Assembly (NCBI GenBank): GCA_964477065.1
Contig: CAYZCU010000002.1
Coordinates: 1-51,429 of the forward strand
Direction: 5' to 3'
DNA length: 51,429 nt
Source of the DNA: an uncultured Gammaproteobacteria bacterium
GTDB taxonomy: Bacteria; Patescibacteriota; Microgenomatia; UBA1406; HO2-37-13b
In this document: positions 36,675 to 45,931 of the stretch, one piece after another
How the letters are laid out: every line of letters begins with the position of its first letter
Numbering within the stretch: the stretch's first letter is position 1
Notes under the pieces: generated by a model
The model's database searches: none
What the model saw: only the letters and a program-made list of their open reading frames with translations
What the model was told of the DNA's origin: nothing
Made by a program: the position numbers and the translations under genes

Positions 36675-38963
36675 ATGCGTATGCCCAAAAGAAAAGCCCA
36701 CGAGCATCAAACGGCCTTAGATGTGCTTTTTGCCCCATTATATAGGCTTATTTTCATATGTGTAGTCGTTATCATATTTATCGGTGATATAGTTTTAGCT
36801 ATACTTACTGGGCTCTTCACGGCATTTGACTTCTTAGTTGTATCAAGTGTCAAAACACCAGGCTTCCTTGTCTCCAGGAGTAGTGCTTTTGCCAAAAAAA
36901 TTGTGAATAAGCTCCATATTTCTGTACCTCGGGCTCTTACACCAACCAAAAATAAACCATCACATCACTATAGTGTCAAAATTCGATACTTTCTGTATGG
37001 AATACTCACGGGACTTATTGGCATTGCACTCTATCAGAGTTATCTGTTTGTGACGTCCTTACCAAACCCTCGGCTTATTGGATCAGTGAACTTTTCAGTC
37101 TCAACACAAATATTTGATCGTCATGGTGCGCTTTTGTATGACCTGTATCGAGATCAGGATCGTACACCAGTCAAAATTGATAGTTTACCTGAGGATATTA
37201 TTCATGCGACACTTTCGATTGAGGATAGAAATTTTTACAATCACAATGGTATATCACTTGTGGGAGGAGTTCTGCGAGCGATGAAGGATACATATAAAAC
37301 GGGTGATTTACAGGGGGGTTCAACGATTACTCAGCAATTAGTCAAAACCTCATTGCTATCCCCAGAGCGTACCTTTGAGCGAAAGGTCAAGGAAGTCATC
37401 TTGGCCATTTGGACTGAACGCATCTACACAAAGAAGCAGATTTTAGAAATGTATCTCAATCAGGTTGCTTATGGCGGAACTGCCTATGGGATTGAAGAGG
37501 CATCACGAACGTACTTTGATAAATCTGCACAGGAGTTGACGTTATCAGAGTCAGCCCTGCTTGCCGGACTGACACGAGCACCATCATCCTATTCACCATA
37601 TGTCAATCCACAACTTGCTATTCAACGAAGAAATGAGGTATTGCAAAGTATGTACGAGACTGGATACATTTCCAAAACAGAATACGACACGGAGGTTCGT
37701 CGAGCACTCAAGATTCAGCCTCCCAAAAACTTTATTCGCGCGCCACATTTTGTCTTTTATGTCAAGTCATTGCTTGAAAAGAAATATGGTATTCGACGTG
37801 TCGAAGAGGGCGGATTGCGCGTTGTGACAACGCTGGATATCACGATGCAAGACGAGATAGAAAAGATTCTCAAAGAAGAAGTGGCGAAAGTCGCATCACT
37901 GAATGTCAGCAACGGGGCTGTCCTTGTCACATCTCCAAGTACGGGGGAAATCTTGGCAATGGTTGGATCGAAAAATTATTATGAAGATCCGTATGGAGCG
38001 TTTAATGTAGCAACTGCACGAAGACAGCCTGGATCATCTATCAAGCCTCTTGTGTATGCACTCGCGCTGGAAAAAGGTATACTCACAGCTTCAACACCCA
38101 TCCTCGATGCGCCAATTGCCTATGTAACTGCAGGTGCTCCTCGCTATGTTCCCGTCAATTATGATGGGCAGTTTCACGGGAATGTCCCGATGCGCTTTGC
38201 ACTTGCCAACTCATACAACATTCCAGCTGTGAAAACGCTTGAAATGGTTGGCGTCCGTCCTTTTATTGATTTTGCACAATCTATGGGAATCACGACGTGG
38301 GATACACCAACACGATATGGCCTTTCACTGGCTCTTGGTGGAGCAGAAGTCAAAATGGTTGACATGGCAGAAGCATATGGTGTCTTTGCCAATTATGGTT
38401 CACGCGTGGATCTTAACCCATTGCTGAAGGTTGAAGATTATCGAGGAAATGTTCTTGAAGAATTTCATGTAACTCGAACAGACAATATCATCTCACCCAA
38501 GACTGCGTTTATCATGTCTGATATTCTTTCAGACAATAATGCACGCAAGTTTGCCTTTGGACTTCAATCAGATCTCAATATCCCTGGCTATAAAGTAGCA
38601 GTCAAGACTGGAACGACCAACAGTAAACGTGATAACTGGACACATGGGTACACCCGAAAGTTTTTTGTCGGCGTCTGGGTCGGCAACAACAACAACACGC
38701 CTATGAATCCACAGCTGACGTCGGGTGTGACTGGCGCATCACCGATTTGGAAGCGTGTCATGACGTATGTTTTGGATAAAAATATCCCTGTAACGGGAGA
38801 TGTCCAACCGCCCACAGAATTCAGTTTGCCTGAAGGTATTGCTTCACGATCGTGTTATGGTGGTGTGATCGAATACTACATGGATGCAGAGCAAGCCTCT
38901 AAGGCCTGTCCCCAAGGCCAGTTTGGACTAACGCCAACTCCTGCACCGCAAATCAATCTATAA
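36675..38963 (+). CDS. Class A penicillin-binding protein (PBP1A-type: GT51 glycosyltransferase plus transpeptidase), copy 1
   Basis: GT51 motifs SIEDRNFYNHNGIS, GGSTITQQLVK, RKVKE. Transpeptidase motifs RQPGSSIKP (SxxK), a candidate SxN motif, and KTGTTN. The start may be 36672, 36675 or 36681. Confidence 0.9.
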   Translation: MRMPKRKAHEHQTALDVLFAPLYRLIFICVVVIIFIGDIVLAILTGLFTAFDFLVVSSVKTPGFLVSRSSAFAKKIVNKLHISVPRALTPTKNKPSHHYSVKIRYFLYGILTGLIGIALYQSYLFVTSLPNPRLIGSVNFSVSTQIFDRHGALLYDLYRDQDRTPVKIDSLPEDIIHATLSIEDRNFYNHNGISLVGGVLRAMKDTYKTGDLQGGSTITQQLVKTSLLSPERTFERKVKEVILAIWTERIYTKKQILEMYLNQVAYGGTAYGIEEASRTYFDKSAQELTLSESALLAGLTRAPSSYSPYVNPQLAIQRRNEVLQSMYETGYISKTEYDTEVRRALKIQPPKNFIRAPHFVFYVKSLLEKKYGIRRVEEGGLRVVTTLDITMQDEIEKILKEEVAKVASLNVSNGAVLVTSPSTGEILAMVGSKNYYEDPYGAFNVATARRQPGSSIKPLVYALALEKGILTASTPILDAPIAYVTAGAPRYVPVNYDGQFHGNVPMRFALANSYNIPAVKTLEMVGVRPFIDFAQSMGITTWDTPTRYGLSLALGGAEVKMVDMAEAYGVFANYGSRVDLNPLLKVEDYRGNVLEEFHVTRTDNIISPKTAFIMSDILSDNNARKFAFGLQSDLNIPGYKVAVKTGTTNSKRDNWTHGYTRKFFVGVWVGNNNNTPMNPQLTSGVTGASPIWKRVMTYVLDKNIPVTGDVQPPTEFSLPEGIASRSCYGGVIEYYMDAEQASKACPQGQFGLTPTPAPQINL

Positions 38964-39689
38964 CTGTGTGAAGTATTCTTGGGGGATGATAAGTGTTCGA
39001 AGTGTCTCCACCGTCTTGGCATCTTTAGCGGGTTTGATAATCACTGCATGGATGTTGTCACCAATCTGGAATTTACTAAAGCCAGATTTTTCAAGAGCAA
39101 GTGTTTTAGAATTCATCAAAACTTGTTTTGTCGTGTTTTCGATATCAAGCGTGTACGTATCTTTATCAAGTGTCAGCACATCGATCGTAAATGCGTCTTT
39201 ATTGATGGCGGTAATATGTCCTTGCAGGACCGTGTACTGTGTTTGCTTATAAATACGATTTGCAGAAACTTGATTTTCAATGACTGGTCCAGAGACGATA
39301 ACATAATCATCTTTTTCAAGATCAGAAGCTGATAGTTCTTCTTGGTCCTCAAGTGATGCTGTCAGTATAGAGGTAACGGTATCATCAAGAGTCACTGTAT
39401 ATTCGACATCCGACTCTGTTTTAAGCGTGATCGTTGACTTTTGTATTTTAGTAATAGTTCCTTTAATAATCTTTTTAGTTTTTTTATTCATCTGTTCAAC
39501 TTTATTTTCAATTTTTTCTTTGAGGGATTGGACTGTTTTGTTTAAAGTGGTGTCGTCAGTAGAAGTTGGTTCTGCAGATGGTGTCGCTTCTTGTGTTGGC
39601 GTGGGGGTTGTCAAAGCCTGGATTGGAGATGTGAAAAAACCTGCCATGACTAACATGAAGCTTAAGGTAATAAGTGATTTTTGTATCAT
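38958..39689 (-). CDS. Secreted protein with two tandem beta-barrel-like repeats (DUF5666-like?)
   Basis: Signal peptide and a T/P-rich linker. Repeat 1 is GTITKIQKSTITLKT..VEYTVTLDD.. and repeat 2 is GHITAINKDAFTIDVLT..DTYTLDIEN. Confidence 0.6.
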   Translation of the reverse strand: MIQKSLITLSFMLVMAGFFTSPIQALTTPTPTQEATPSAEPTSTDDTTLNKTVQSLKEKIENKVEQMNKKTKKIIKGTITKIQKSTITLKTESDVEYTVTLDDTVTSILTASLEDQEELSASDLEKDDYVIVSGPVIENQVSANRIYKQTQYTVLQGHITAINKDAFTIDVLTLDKDTYTLDIENTTKQVLMNSKTLALEKSGFSKFQIGDNIHAVIIKPAKDAKTVETLRTLIIPQEYFTQL

Positions 39690-40102
39690 TTTTCAGGGAT
39701 ATAATGGACAACAAGTGTTCGACTATCAATAGTTTTATCTTTATAGGAGGTAAGCCGAATAATATTTTCACCAGGTAGTATGTCGACATCAACACTGAAT
39801 GTTTTCCCTTTTGATTTTTCGACATGTTCAGCTGTTTCAGACTGGATGACAAGCAACGCTCCTGCCTGAGCAGATCCCTTGAGTGTGATCGTCGATGAGT
39901 CTGAGATAGACTCATTTTCTGGTGACGTTATCAGAAGGGGTGCGATTTCTTGTGTGACGATTGAGACTGTTGGGGTAATACTTCCCTGAAGGACATCGGA
40001 TGAATTTCGTTGTGCTTGCTTGGATTGCCACATGACAAGGGCACCAATGCTCACACCAGCAAGTATCCCAAGAATAATTGCTATACTTGTTTCTTTTTTC
40101 AT
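39686..40102 (-). CDS. Membrane-anchored protein with an Ig-like beta domain
   Basis: Start set to ATG 40102 (MKKETSIAIILGILAG...). The exodomain ITSPENESISDSSTITLKGSAQAGALLVI...GENIIRL is Ig-like. Confidence 0.55.
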   Translation of the reverse strand: MKKETSIAIILGILAGVSIGALVMWQSKQAQRNSSDVLQGSITPTVSIVTQEIAPLLITSPENESISDSSTITLKGSAQAGALLVIQSETAEHVEKSKGKTFSVDVDILPGENIIRLTSYKDKTIDSRTLVVHYIPEK

Positions 40103-40180
40103 ACTGAGTGTGTAAATCTTACGCAATGCGAGCTGAAAAGTCAAATAGACATCAGTTTGTGATCTGATAGGGGGTTAATT

Positions 40181-40189
40181 TGATATACT
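40181..40189 (+). promoter_or_regulatory. Extended -10 element TGaTATACT, 6 nt upstream of alaS ATG 40196 (leaderless-type)
   Basis: Read directly: TGATATACT-actggc-ATG. Confidence 0.55.
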
Positions 40190-40195
40190 ACTGGC

Positions 40196-41980
40196 ATGAC
40201 ACATAACGAGTTACGCCAGGCATATATCACGTTTTTTCAGGAAAGGGGACATGTCTCAATTGAACCAGCTTCGCTGGTGCTTCAAAACGATGCCACAACA
40301 CTTTTTACGAGTTCAGGCATGCAACCGCTCGTCCCCTATTTGGCGGGTACACAGCGTCATGCTAGTGGAAATCGACTTGTTGATGTTCAGCCATGTATCC
40401 GAACACAAGATATCGATGACGTTGGAGACAATCGACATACGACGTTCTTTGAGATGTTGGGAAATTGGTCTCTTGGAGATTATTTCAAAAAGGAGCAAAT
40501 AACATGGAAATGGGAGTTTCTGACGAAAATTGTTGGCTTAGCCCCTGAAAAATTGTATGTAACAGTCTTTGAAGGTGATGACCTTGTCCAGCGTGACGAA
40601 GAATCTGCTCAGATCTGGCGTGACCTTGGAATCGCTGATGATCATATTTATTATTATGGGGTCAAAAGTAATTGGTGGTCTCGCTCGGGCACTCCTGAAA
40701 AGATGCCAACTGGTGAAATTGGTGGCCCTGATAGTGAAATATTTTATGATTTTGGCAATGGACCGCATACTGGGCCTGATTCAGATGAAAAGCGATTCTT
40801 GGAGATCGGGAACTCGGTGTTTATGCAATATATGAAAAATGCAGATGGATCCCTGAGCATGTTGCCACAAAAAAATGTTGATTTTGGAGGAGGACTTGAG
40901 CGTATTCTTGCTGCTCAACAGGGCAATCCTGATATTTTCCTCACAGATCTGTTTACTCCTGTGATGAAAACTCTTGAAGAGGTAACCCACACAAAGTATG
41001 CTGATCATTCGTACGATCTGCGCATCATCGTAGATCACATGCGTGCCTCTCTTTTCTTGATACATGATGGGGTACAACCCTCTAACAAGGAGCATGGATA
41101 TATTCTCCGTCGGTTGCTACGACGGGCGGGTATGCGTATGCATGCCCTGACGGGTGGTGTCGAGGGGCTCTCATTGCTGAAGATGTGTGTCAAACCTCTC
41201 ATCCAGACCTATGATGGCATCTACTTTGACGCGACGGAAAATGCTGTGATTGAAGCCTGTATTGACGCTGAAATGAAACGATTTAGCGCAACATTCGAAA
41301 AAGGGCTGGCGATGATTCGCAAACAGTCCACAATAAACGGTAAGACTGCCTTTGATCTGTTTCAATCGTATGGCTTTCCCGTCGAGTTAACTGCTGAAAT
41401 TGCAGAGTCCCAGGGCATGTCCCTTGATATGCATGAATATGAAGCTGAAAAAGAAAAGCATCGTCAATTGTCTCAGACATCCTCTGCAGGAAAGTTTAAA
41501 GGGGGACTTGCAGATGCATCAGATCAAGTTGTGCGATTTCATACAGCGACGCACCTCTTGCACCAGGCATTGCGGGATGTATGTGGTGCAAGTATCCGTC
41601 AGGAGGGGTCAAATATCACGCAGGAGCGATTGCGATTTGATGTCTTCTGTGACCATGTCATCTCACCTGAAGATGTGCAGACTGTTGAAAAAATTATGAA
41701 TGAAAAAATCAAAGAAGACCTGCCTGTGTATCAACGCACTATGGATCGTCAGCATGCAGATCAGCTAGGGGCTCAGTCTTTTTTTAAAGAAAAAGATGGT
41801 GATACAGTCAGCGTGTATGCTATTGGAGGAACTGAAGATGATATGACAGGGGCATACTCGCTTGAGTTTTGTGGAGGACCACATGTCATGCGAACAGGAG
41901 AAATTGGGCCAATCGCTATCCAAAAGTTCCAAAAAATTGGAGCTCAGCTTACGAGGTTTTATGTCATCTCAGCTTCATAG
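40196..41980 (+). CDS. alaS: Alanine-tRNA ligase, short form (catalytic, tRNA-recognition and editing domains; no C-Ala domain)
   Basis: LRQAYITFFQERGH...DATTLFTSSGMQP...FFEMLGNWS.GDYFK. Editing-site motifs HTATHLLHQAL and CGGPHV. 594 aa, against about 870 for the long bacterial form. Confidence 0.92.
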   Translation: MTHNELRQAYITFFQERGHVSIEPASLVLQNDATTLFTSSGMQPLVPYLAGTQRHASGNRLVDVQPCIRTQDIDDVGDNRHTTFFEMLGNWSLGDYFKKEQITWKWEFLTKIVGLAPEKLYVTVFEGDDLVQRDEESAQIWRDLGIADDHIYYYGVKSNWWSRSGTPEKMPTGEIGGPDSEIFYDFGNGPHTGPDSDEKRFLEIGNSVFMQYMKNADGSLSMLPQKNVDFGGGLERILAAQQGNPDIFLTDLFTPVMKTLEEVTHTKYADHSYDLRIIVDHMRASLFLIHDGVQPSNKEHGYILRRLLRRAGMRMHALTGGVEGLSLLKMCVKPLIQTYDGIYFDATENAVIEACIDAEMKRFSATFEKGLAMIRKQSTINGKTAFDLFQSYGFPVELTAEIAESQGMSLDMHEYEAEKEKHRQLSQTSSAGKFKGGLADASDQVVRFHTATHLLHQALRDVCGASIRQEGSNITQERLRFDVFCDHVISPEDVQTVEKIMNEKIKEDLPVYQRTMDRQHADQLGAQSFFKEKDGDTVSVYAIGGTEDDMTGAYSLEFCGGPHVMRTGEIGPIAIQKFQKIGAQLTRFYVISAS

Positions 41981-42011
41981 ATAGCCACATTTGTAAAGTA
42001 TCGAGTGAATT

Positions 42012-42020
42012 TGATACAAT
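42012..42020 (+). promoter_or_regulatory. Extended -10 element TGaTACAAT upstream of the second PBP1A gene
   Basis: TGATACAAT, then 6 nt to TTG 42027 or 12 nt to ATG 42033. Confidence 0.4.
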
Positions 42021-42032
42021 GAGCTATTGTCT

Positions 42033-44408
42033 ATGGACATTCAAAAAATAAGCACGACTGCGCGACTTTGGATTCGTAACAACGTCCAAAAGATGCGGTT
42101 GTTTCTGCAAAAACTTGATTCACACGAACATCCCTCATGGGTTCCAGGATTTATATCGAGAAAAGTTTTTTTTGTCATTGCAGGTATAGTAGCTCTTGGC
42201 GCAGGAATTGGTATCTACTCATACATTTTCAAAGATCTTCCTGATCCTACTGGTCTGCGTAACTATGGGGTCATTCCCTTGTCATCTAAAATTTATGACC
42301 GTAATGGGGAATTGCTGTACGAGGTCTACAATGAGGAAAACAGAACACCTATTCATCTGAAGGAACTTCCCCCTTATGTTGCTCAAGCAACACTTGCTAT
42401 TGAAGATAAAGATTTTTACAGGCATGGTGGTATCTCGATATTTGGAGGCGTACTGCGTGCCGCAAAGGAAATGGTCATGGGAGGAGCTAAGCAAGGAGGT
42501 TCGACGCTGACACAACAGCTTGTCAAATCAGCGCTTTTGACACCAGAGCGGACTATACGTCGAAAACTCCGAGAGGCAGTTCTGGCAATTCAAATTGAGC
42601 AACTCTTGAGTAAAGATGAGATCCTTGAGTTGTACCTGAGTCAAGTCCCGTATGGTGGTGTCTCGTATGGTGTCCAAGCAGGTGCACAGTCATATTTTGG
42701 CAAAGATGCGAAAGAGTTGAAACTTGAGGAGGCAGCACTGCTGGCTGGTCTACCCGCCGCACCTAGTGCATACAATCCATATACAAATCTCGATAAAGCA
42801 AAGGCTCGACAGAAACAAGTGCTCGATCGTATGCGTGATTTGAACTACATTACACAGGATCAATATACACGTGCACTCAAAGCGCCGTTGCATATTCGTC
42901 CTCGTGGAACAGAAATAAAAGCACCTCATTTCGTGTTTTATGTACGTTCTATCCTTGAAAAAGAGTATGGGAAGGCATTGCTCGAGCAAGGGGGGCTTCA
43001 GGTGACGACGAGTTTGGATTACCAGATACAGGCAACTGCTGAAGCTGCGGTTAAGAAGGAAATTGCACAGCTTGGACGACTTCGAGTTGGCAATGGGGCC
43101 GCTATGGTCACGCGTCCCGCAACTGGTGAAATTCTGGCTATGGTTGGATCAGCCGATTTCTTTGCGACAGGTTCAGGATCATACAATGTAGCAACAGCAC
43201 GTCGCCAGCCTGGATCATCAATCAAGCCAGTCACGTATGCTGTCGGGATTGAGAAAGGGATTGTCACTGCTGCAAGTGTGTTCAATGATGGTCCGACGTG
43301 TTTTATGAATGAGGGCCAGCCTGCTCCGTACTGTCCGGGTAACTATGATGGCTCATTTCGGGGTCCAGTCCAGCTACGCTTTGCACTTGCCAATTCATAC
43401 AACATTCCCGCCGTTAAGATGCTTGGTATGATTGGTGTGAAGGATTTCATCGCTTCTGCGCCAGCATTTTTGATCAAGTCATATAAAGATCCAACGAAGT
43501 ATGGGCTTTCACTGACCCTTGGGGGTGGAGAAGTCACCATGGTTGAGATGACACAAGCCTTTTCTGCATTTGCAAATGAAGGCGTCCCCAAGGAAGTTGT
43601 TTCAATTCTCAAGGTGACAGATAAAAATGGCAAGAAACTGTATGAATATACTGATCCTAATTTTATTCAGAATCTTCACAAACCACTTGATTATCCAAAC
43701 TTCTTGGCGATTGAAGGAAAGCGTGCCATCTCGAAAGAAACAGCATATATTATCTCTCATATCTTGCTGGACAATGGGGCCCGTACACCAGCGTTTGGTC
43801 CAAGTAGTGAGCTTGTTATTCGTGGGAAAACAGTCTCTGTCAAAACAGGGACAACAAACAATTTACGAGATAATTGGACAATCGGGTATACTCCTAATTT
43901 CTTGACTGCAGTGTGGGTGGGGAACAACAATAATAAGCCAATGTCCGCTGTTGCATCAGGTGTCACTGGCGCTTCACCGATTTGGAACGATATTATGACA
44001 GAGGTGCTTGCTGATCAGAAAGATATGTGGCCACGCAAGCCTGATAATGTGATGGGGTATAGTGTCTGTAGCCTGACAGGTCGCATCCCTTCTGCTGACA
44101 ATGTGAATGAAGGTGGCGAGGCATGTCCGACACGCTTTGAGTACATTACCAAGGGTCGAGAAAATGTTGGCGCTGGAGTGCTTACTCGAGAAATGGTCCC
44201 CGTTCAACGAGAAACTGGGTGGTATCTATTCAAAGCTGATGACCCTCTCGCTGAAATGCAGGATAAGCTTCTCATTTCAGATGGCATGTCAAAGTATTGT
44301 CTTGAGTGTAATCATGATGGTGAACCCCGAGCAATTGTTAATGTCATACAATATCTTCAAGCTCGCGAAGCATTCAAAAAGCGCGATGTGAGAATCCAAA
44401 AACAGTAA
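42033..44408 (+). CDS. Class A penicillin-binding protein (PBP1A-type), copy 2
   Basis: AIEDKDFYRHGGIS, GGSTLTQQLVK, RQPGSSIKP, KTGTTNN. Collinear with copy 1. An alternative TTG start lies at 42027. Confidence 0.9.
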   Translation: MDIQKISTTARLWIRNNVQKMRLFLQKLDSHEHPSWVPGFISRKVFFVIAGIVALGAGIGIYSYIFKDLPDPTGLRNYGVIPLSSKIYDRNGELLYEVYNEENRTPIHLKELPPYVAQATLAIEDKDFYRHGGISIFGGVLRAAKEMVMGGAKQGGSTLTQQLVKSALLTPERTIRRKLREAVLAIQIEQLLSKDEILELYLSQVPYGGVSYGVQAGAQSYFGKDAKELKLEEAALLAGLPAAPSAYNPYTNLDKAKARQKQVLDRMRDLNYITQDQYTRALKAPLHIRPRGTEIKAPHFVFYVRSILEKEYGKALLEQGGLQVTTSLDYQIQATAEAAVKKEIAQLGRLRVGNGAAMVTRPATGEILAMVGSADFFATGSGSYNVATARRQPGSSIKPVTYAVGIEKGIVTAASVFNDGPTCFMNEGQPAPYCPGNYDGSFRGPVQLRFALANSYNIPAVKMLGMIGVKDFIASAPAFLIKSYKDPTKYGLSLTLGGGEVTMVEMTQAFSAFANEGVPKEVVSILKVTDKNGKKLYEYTDPNFIQNLHKPLDYPNFLAIEGKRAISKETAYIISHILLDNGARTPAFGPSSELVIRGKTVSVKTGTTNNLRDNWTIGYTPNFLTAVWVGNNNNKPMSAVASGVTGASPIWNDIMTEVLADQKDMWPRKPDNVMGYSVCSLTGRIPSADNVNEGGEACPTRFEYITKGRENVGAGVLTREMVPVQRETGWYLFKADDPLAEMQDKLLISDGMSKYCLECNHDGEPRAIVNVIQYLQAREAFKKRDVRIQKQ

Positions 44409-44456
44409 ACATTGATTTCATAATTTTTTCATAACTGTGGTGTATGCTGTGGTAAT

Positions 44457-44642
44457 ATGAAAGTACAGATAGCAGTTAGTATCATTAGTGATGTTTTAGT
44501 GAATATTTCAGCAGGACTCATAATGGCGTCATGGGTATCGCCACTCATGCTTCTAGATAAAAAAGTACGAATATCAGTTGTTATACATTCACTTACGGTA
44601 GCTATGATTTTGTTACAAATTACATATATTATTCAAATATAA
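44457..44642 (+). CDS. Small two-TM membrane protein (hypothetical)
   Basis: 61-aa hydrophobic ORF in an AT-rich spacer. No homology recognised. Confidence 0.35.
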   Translation: MKVQIAVSIISDVLVNISAGLIMASWVSPLMLLDKKVRISVVIHSLTVAMILLQITYIIQI

Positions 44643-44749
44643 TGGATAGTTTTTCAAGAAAGGTGGAAAAAATGTCTGCTTTGACTGGGATTTCAATATC
44701 TCTCCTCGTTCTAACGAGCATCCTTCTTTATGTGCTATTTATTCGATGA
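44642..44749 (+). CDS. 35-aa single-TM micro-ORF (hypothetical)
   Basis: Hand translation gives MDSFSRKVEKMSALTGISISLLVLTSILLYVLFIR. TAATG overlap with the preceding ORF. Its 3' end overlaps the convergent pgk stop. Confidence 0.25.
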   Translation: MDSFSRKVEKMSALTGISISLLVLTSILLYVLFIR

Positions 44750-45931
44750 GGAAGCTCTCAGCGCTTGTAAGGCAGGGAGATCACCATGCTCAATGAGAGA
44801 GAGCATAGCTCCTCCACCAGTACAAAGGTGATCGATTTCATGTACCTGATGTTTGCGTGCGAGTGCGCCAAGTGTATCGCCTCCTCCAACTAGCGAATAG
44901 GCCTGTCTATTATGCACTATCGCTCGATAGATAGCATCAGTCCCATGTCGAAATGCAGGATGCTCGAATAGTCCCATCGGACCGTTCCAGAGAAGCGTGC
45001 GTGCATCATGAATTATGTCTGCATAGATTTCTTGTGTCCGAGGACCAATATCAAGTATATGGCTCTGCGGAGGGAGCTGAGAAACTGGCACACAATCAGC
45101 AGTACTGTTTTCATCTTCAGGATCACCTATACGCACATCTGTGGGAAGCACGAGCGCAACAGGCTTATCTGATGCATAGTCAATAAGGGATTGAGCATGC
45201 TTCAATTCACATTCATCATACAGGCTATCTTGAATATCATAGCCATGTGCTTTCAAAAAAGTATTGGCGATGCCACCGCCAACAAGGATGCTGTCGCAGA
45301 GGTCCATAAGCTTTTTAATGGGCTCAACTTTTGTTTCTATCTTTGCGCCACCAATAATAGCAACACATGGTTTCCGAGGTTCAGCGATCACGCGCATGAT
45401 TGCACTGACTTCTGTCTCAAGTGAAAGCCCAGCGTAGCTTGGAAGGTGTTGAGGGATACTGGTGATATCAAACTCGTCCCGATGAGCCATTGCAAAAGCA
45501 TCATTGATATAGACATCTGCAAGTGAACAGAGCTTCGTAAGAACTGATTGCTCATGGGTGGTATCTTCATCAAAAAAGCGGGTATTTTCAAGGAGCAAAA
45601 TGTGATGCGGTGTTTGTGCTGTCCAGGTTGACGCAGGCTCAGATCGAAAATCTGGTATGAGCTGGCACGTGCTTCCTGGAAGATATGAAGAGAGGACATC
45701 TGCGATGGGGGCAAGTGAAAAGGCAGGATCACGCTTCGTCGGACGTCCTCGCTTGGCCATGAGGATAAGTCGATTACCGCCATCAAGTAGTTTTTTTAGT
45801 GTTGGGATGTTCGTGACAATGCGTGTATCATCAGTTATCGTCCCATCATGGGTTGGAACATCAAAATCAACACGTACAAGCACACGTTTGTTTTGAATAG
45901 ATGTTCCTCTCAAAAGTGGATAGGTGTTCAT
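44735..45931 (-). CDS. pgk: Phosphoglycerate kinase
   Basis: KRVLVRVDFDVP...DDTRI, IIGGAKIETKV, WNGPMGLFE, GGGDT. Confidence 0.95.
   Translation of the reverse strand: MNTYPLLRGTSIQNKRVLVRVDFDVPTHDGTITDDTRIVTNIPTLKKLLDGGNRLILMAKRGRPTKRDPAFSLAPIADVLSSYLPGSTCQLIPDFRSEPASTWTAQTPHHILLLENTRFFDEDTTHEQSVLTKLCSLADVYINDAFAMAHRDEFDITSIPQHLPSYAGLSLETEVSAIMRVIAEPRKPCVAIIGGAKIETKVEPIKKLMDLCDSILVGGGIANTFLKAHGYDIQDSLYDECELKHAQSLIDYASDKPVALVLPTDVRIGDPEDENSTADCVPVSQLPPQSHILDIGPRTQEIYADIIHDARTLLWNGPMGLFEHPAFRHGTDAIYRAIVHNRQAYSLVGGGDTLGALARKHQVHEIDHLCTGGGAMLSLIEHGDLPALQALRASSSNK

Noticed and set aside
36502-36738. A minus-strand 78-aa ORF spanning the sortase/PBP1A junction, along with other ORFs of 60-140 aa listed in the track inside annotated genes.
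   Set aside because: They overlap well-supported genes, have no start signals of the type seen elsewhere in the window, and give no recognisable protein sequence.
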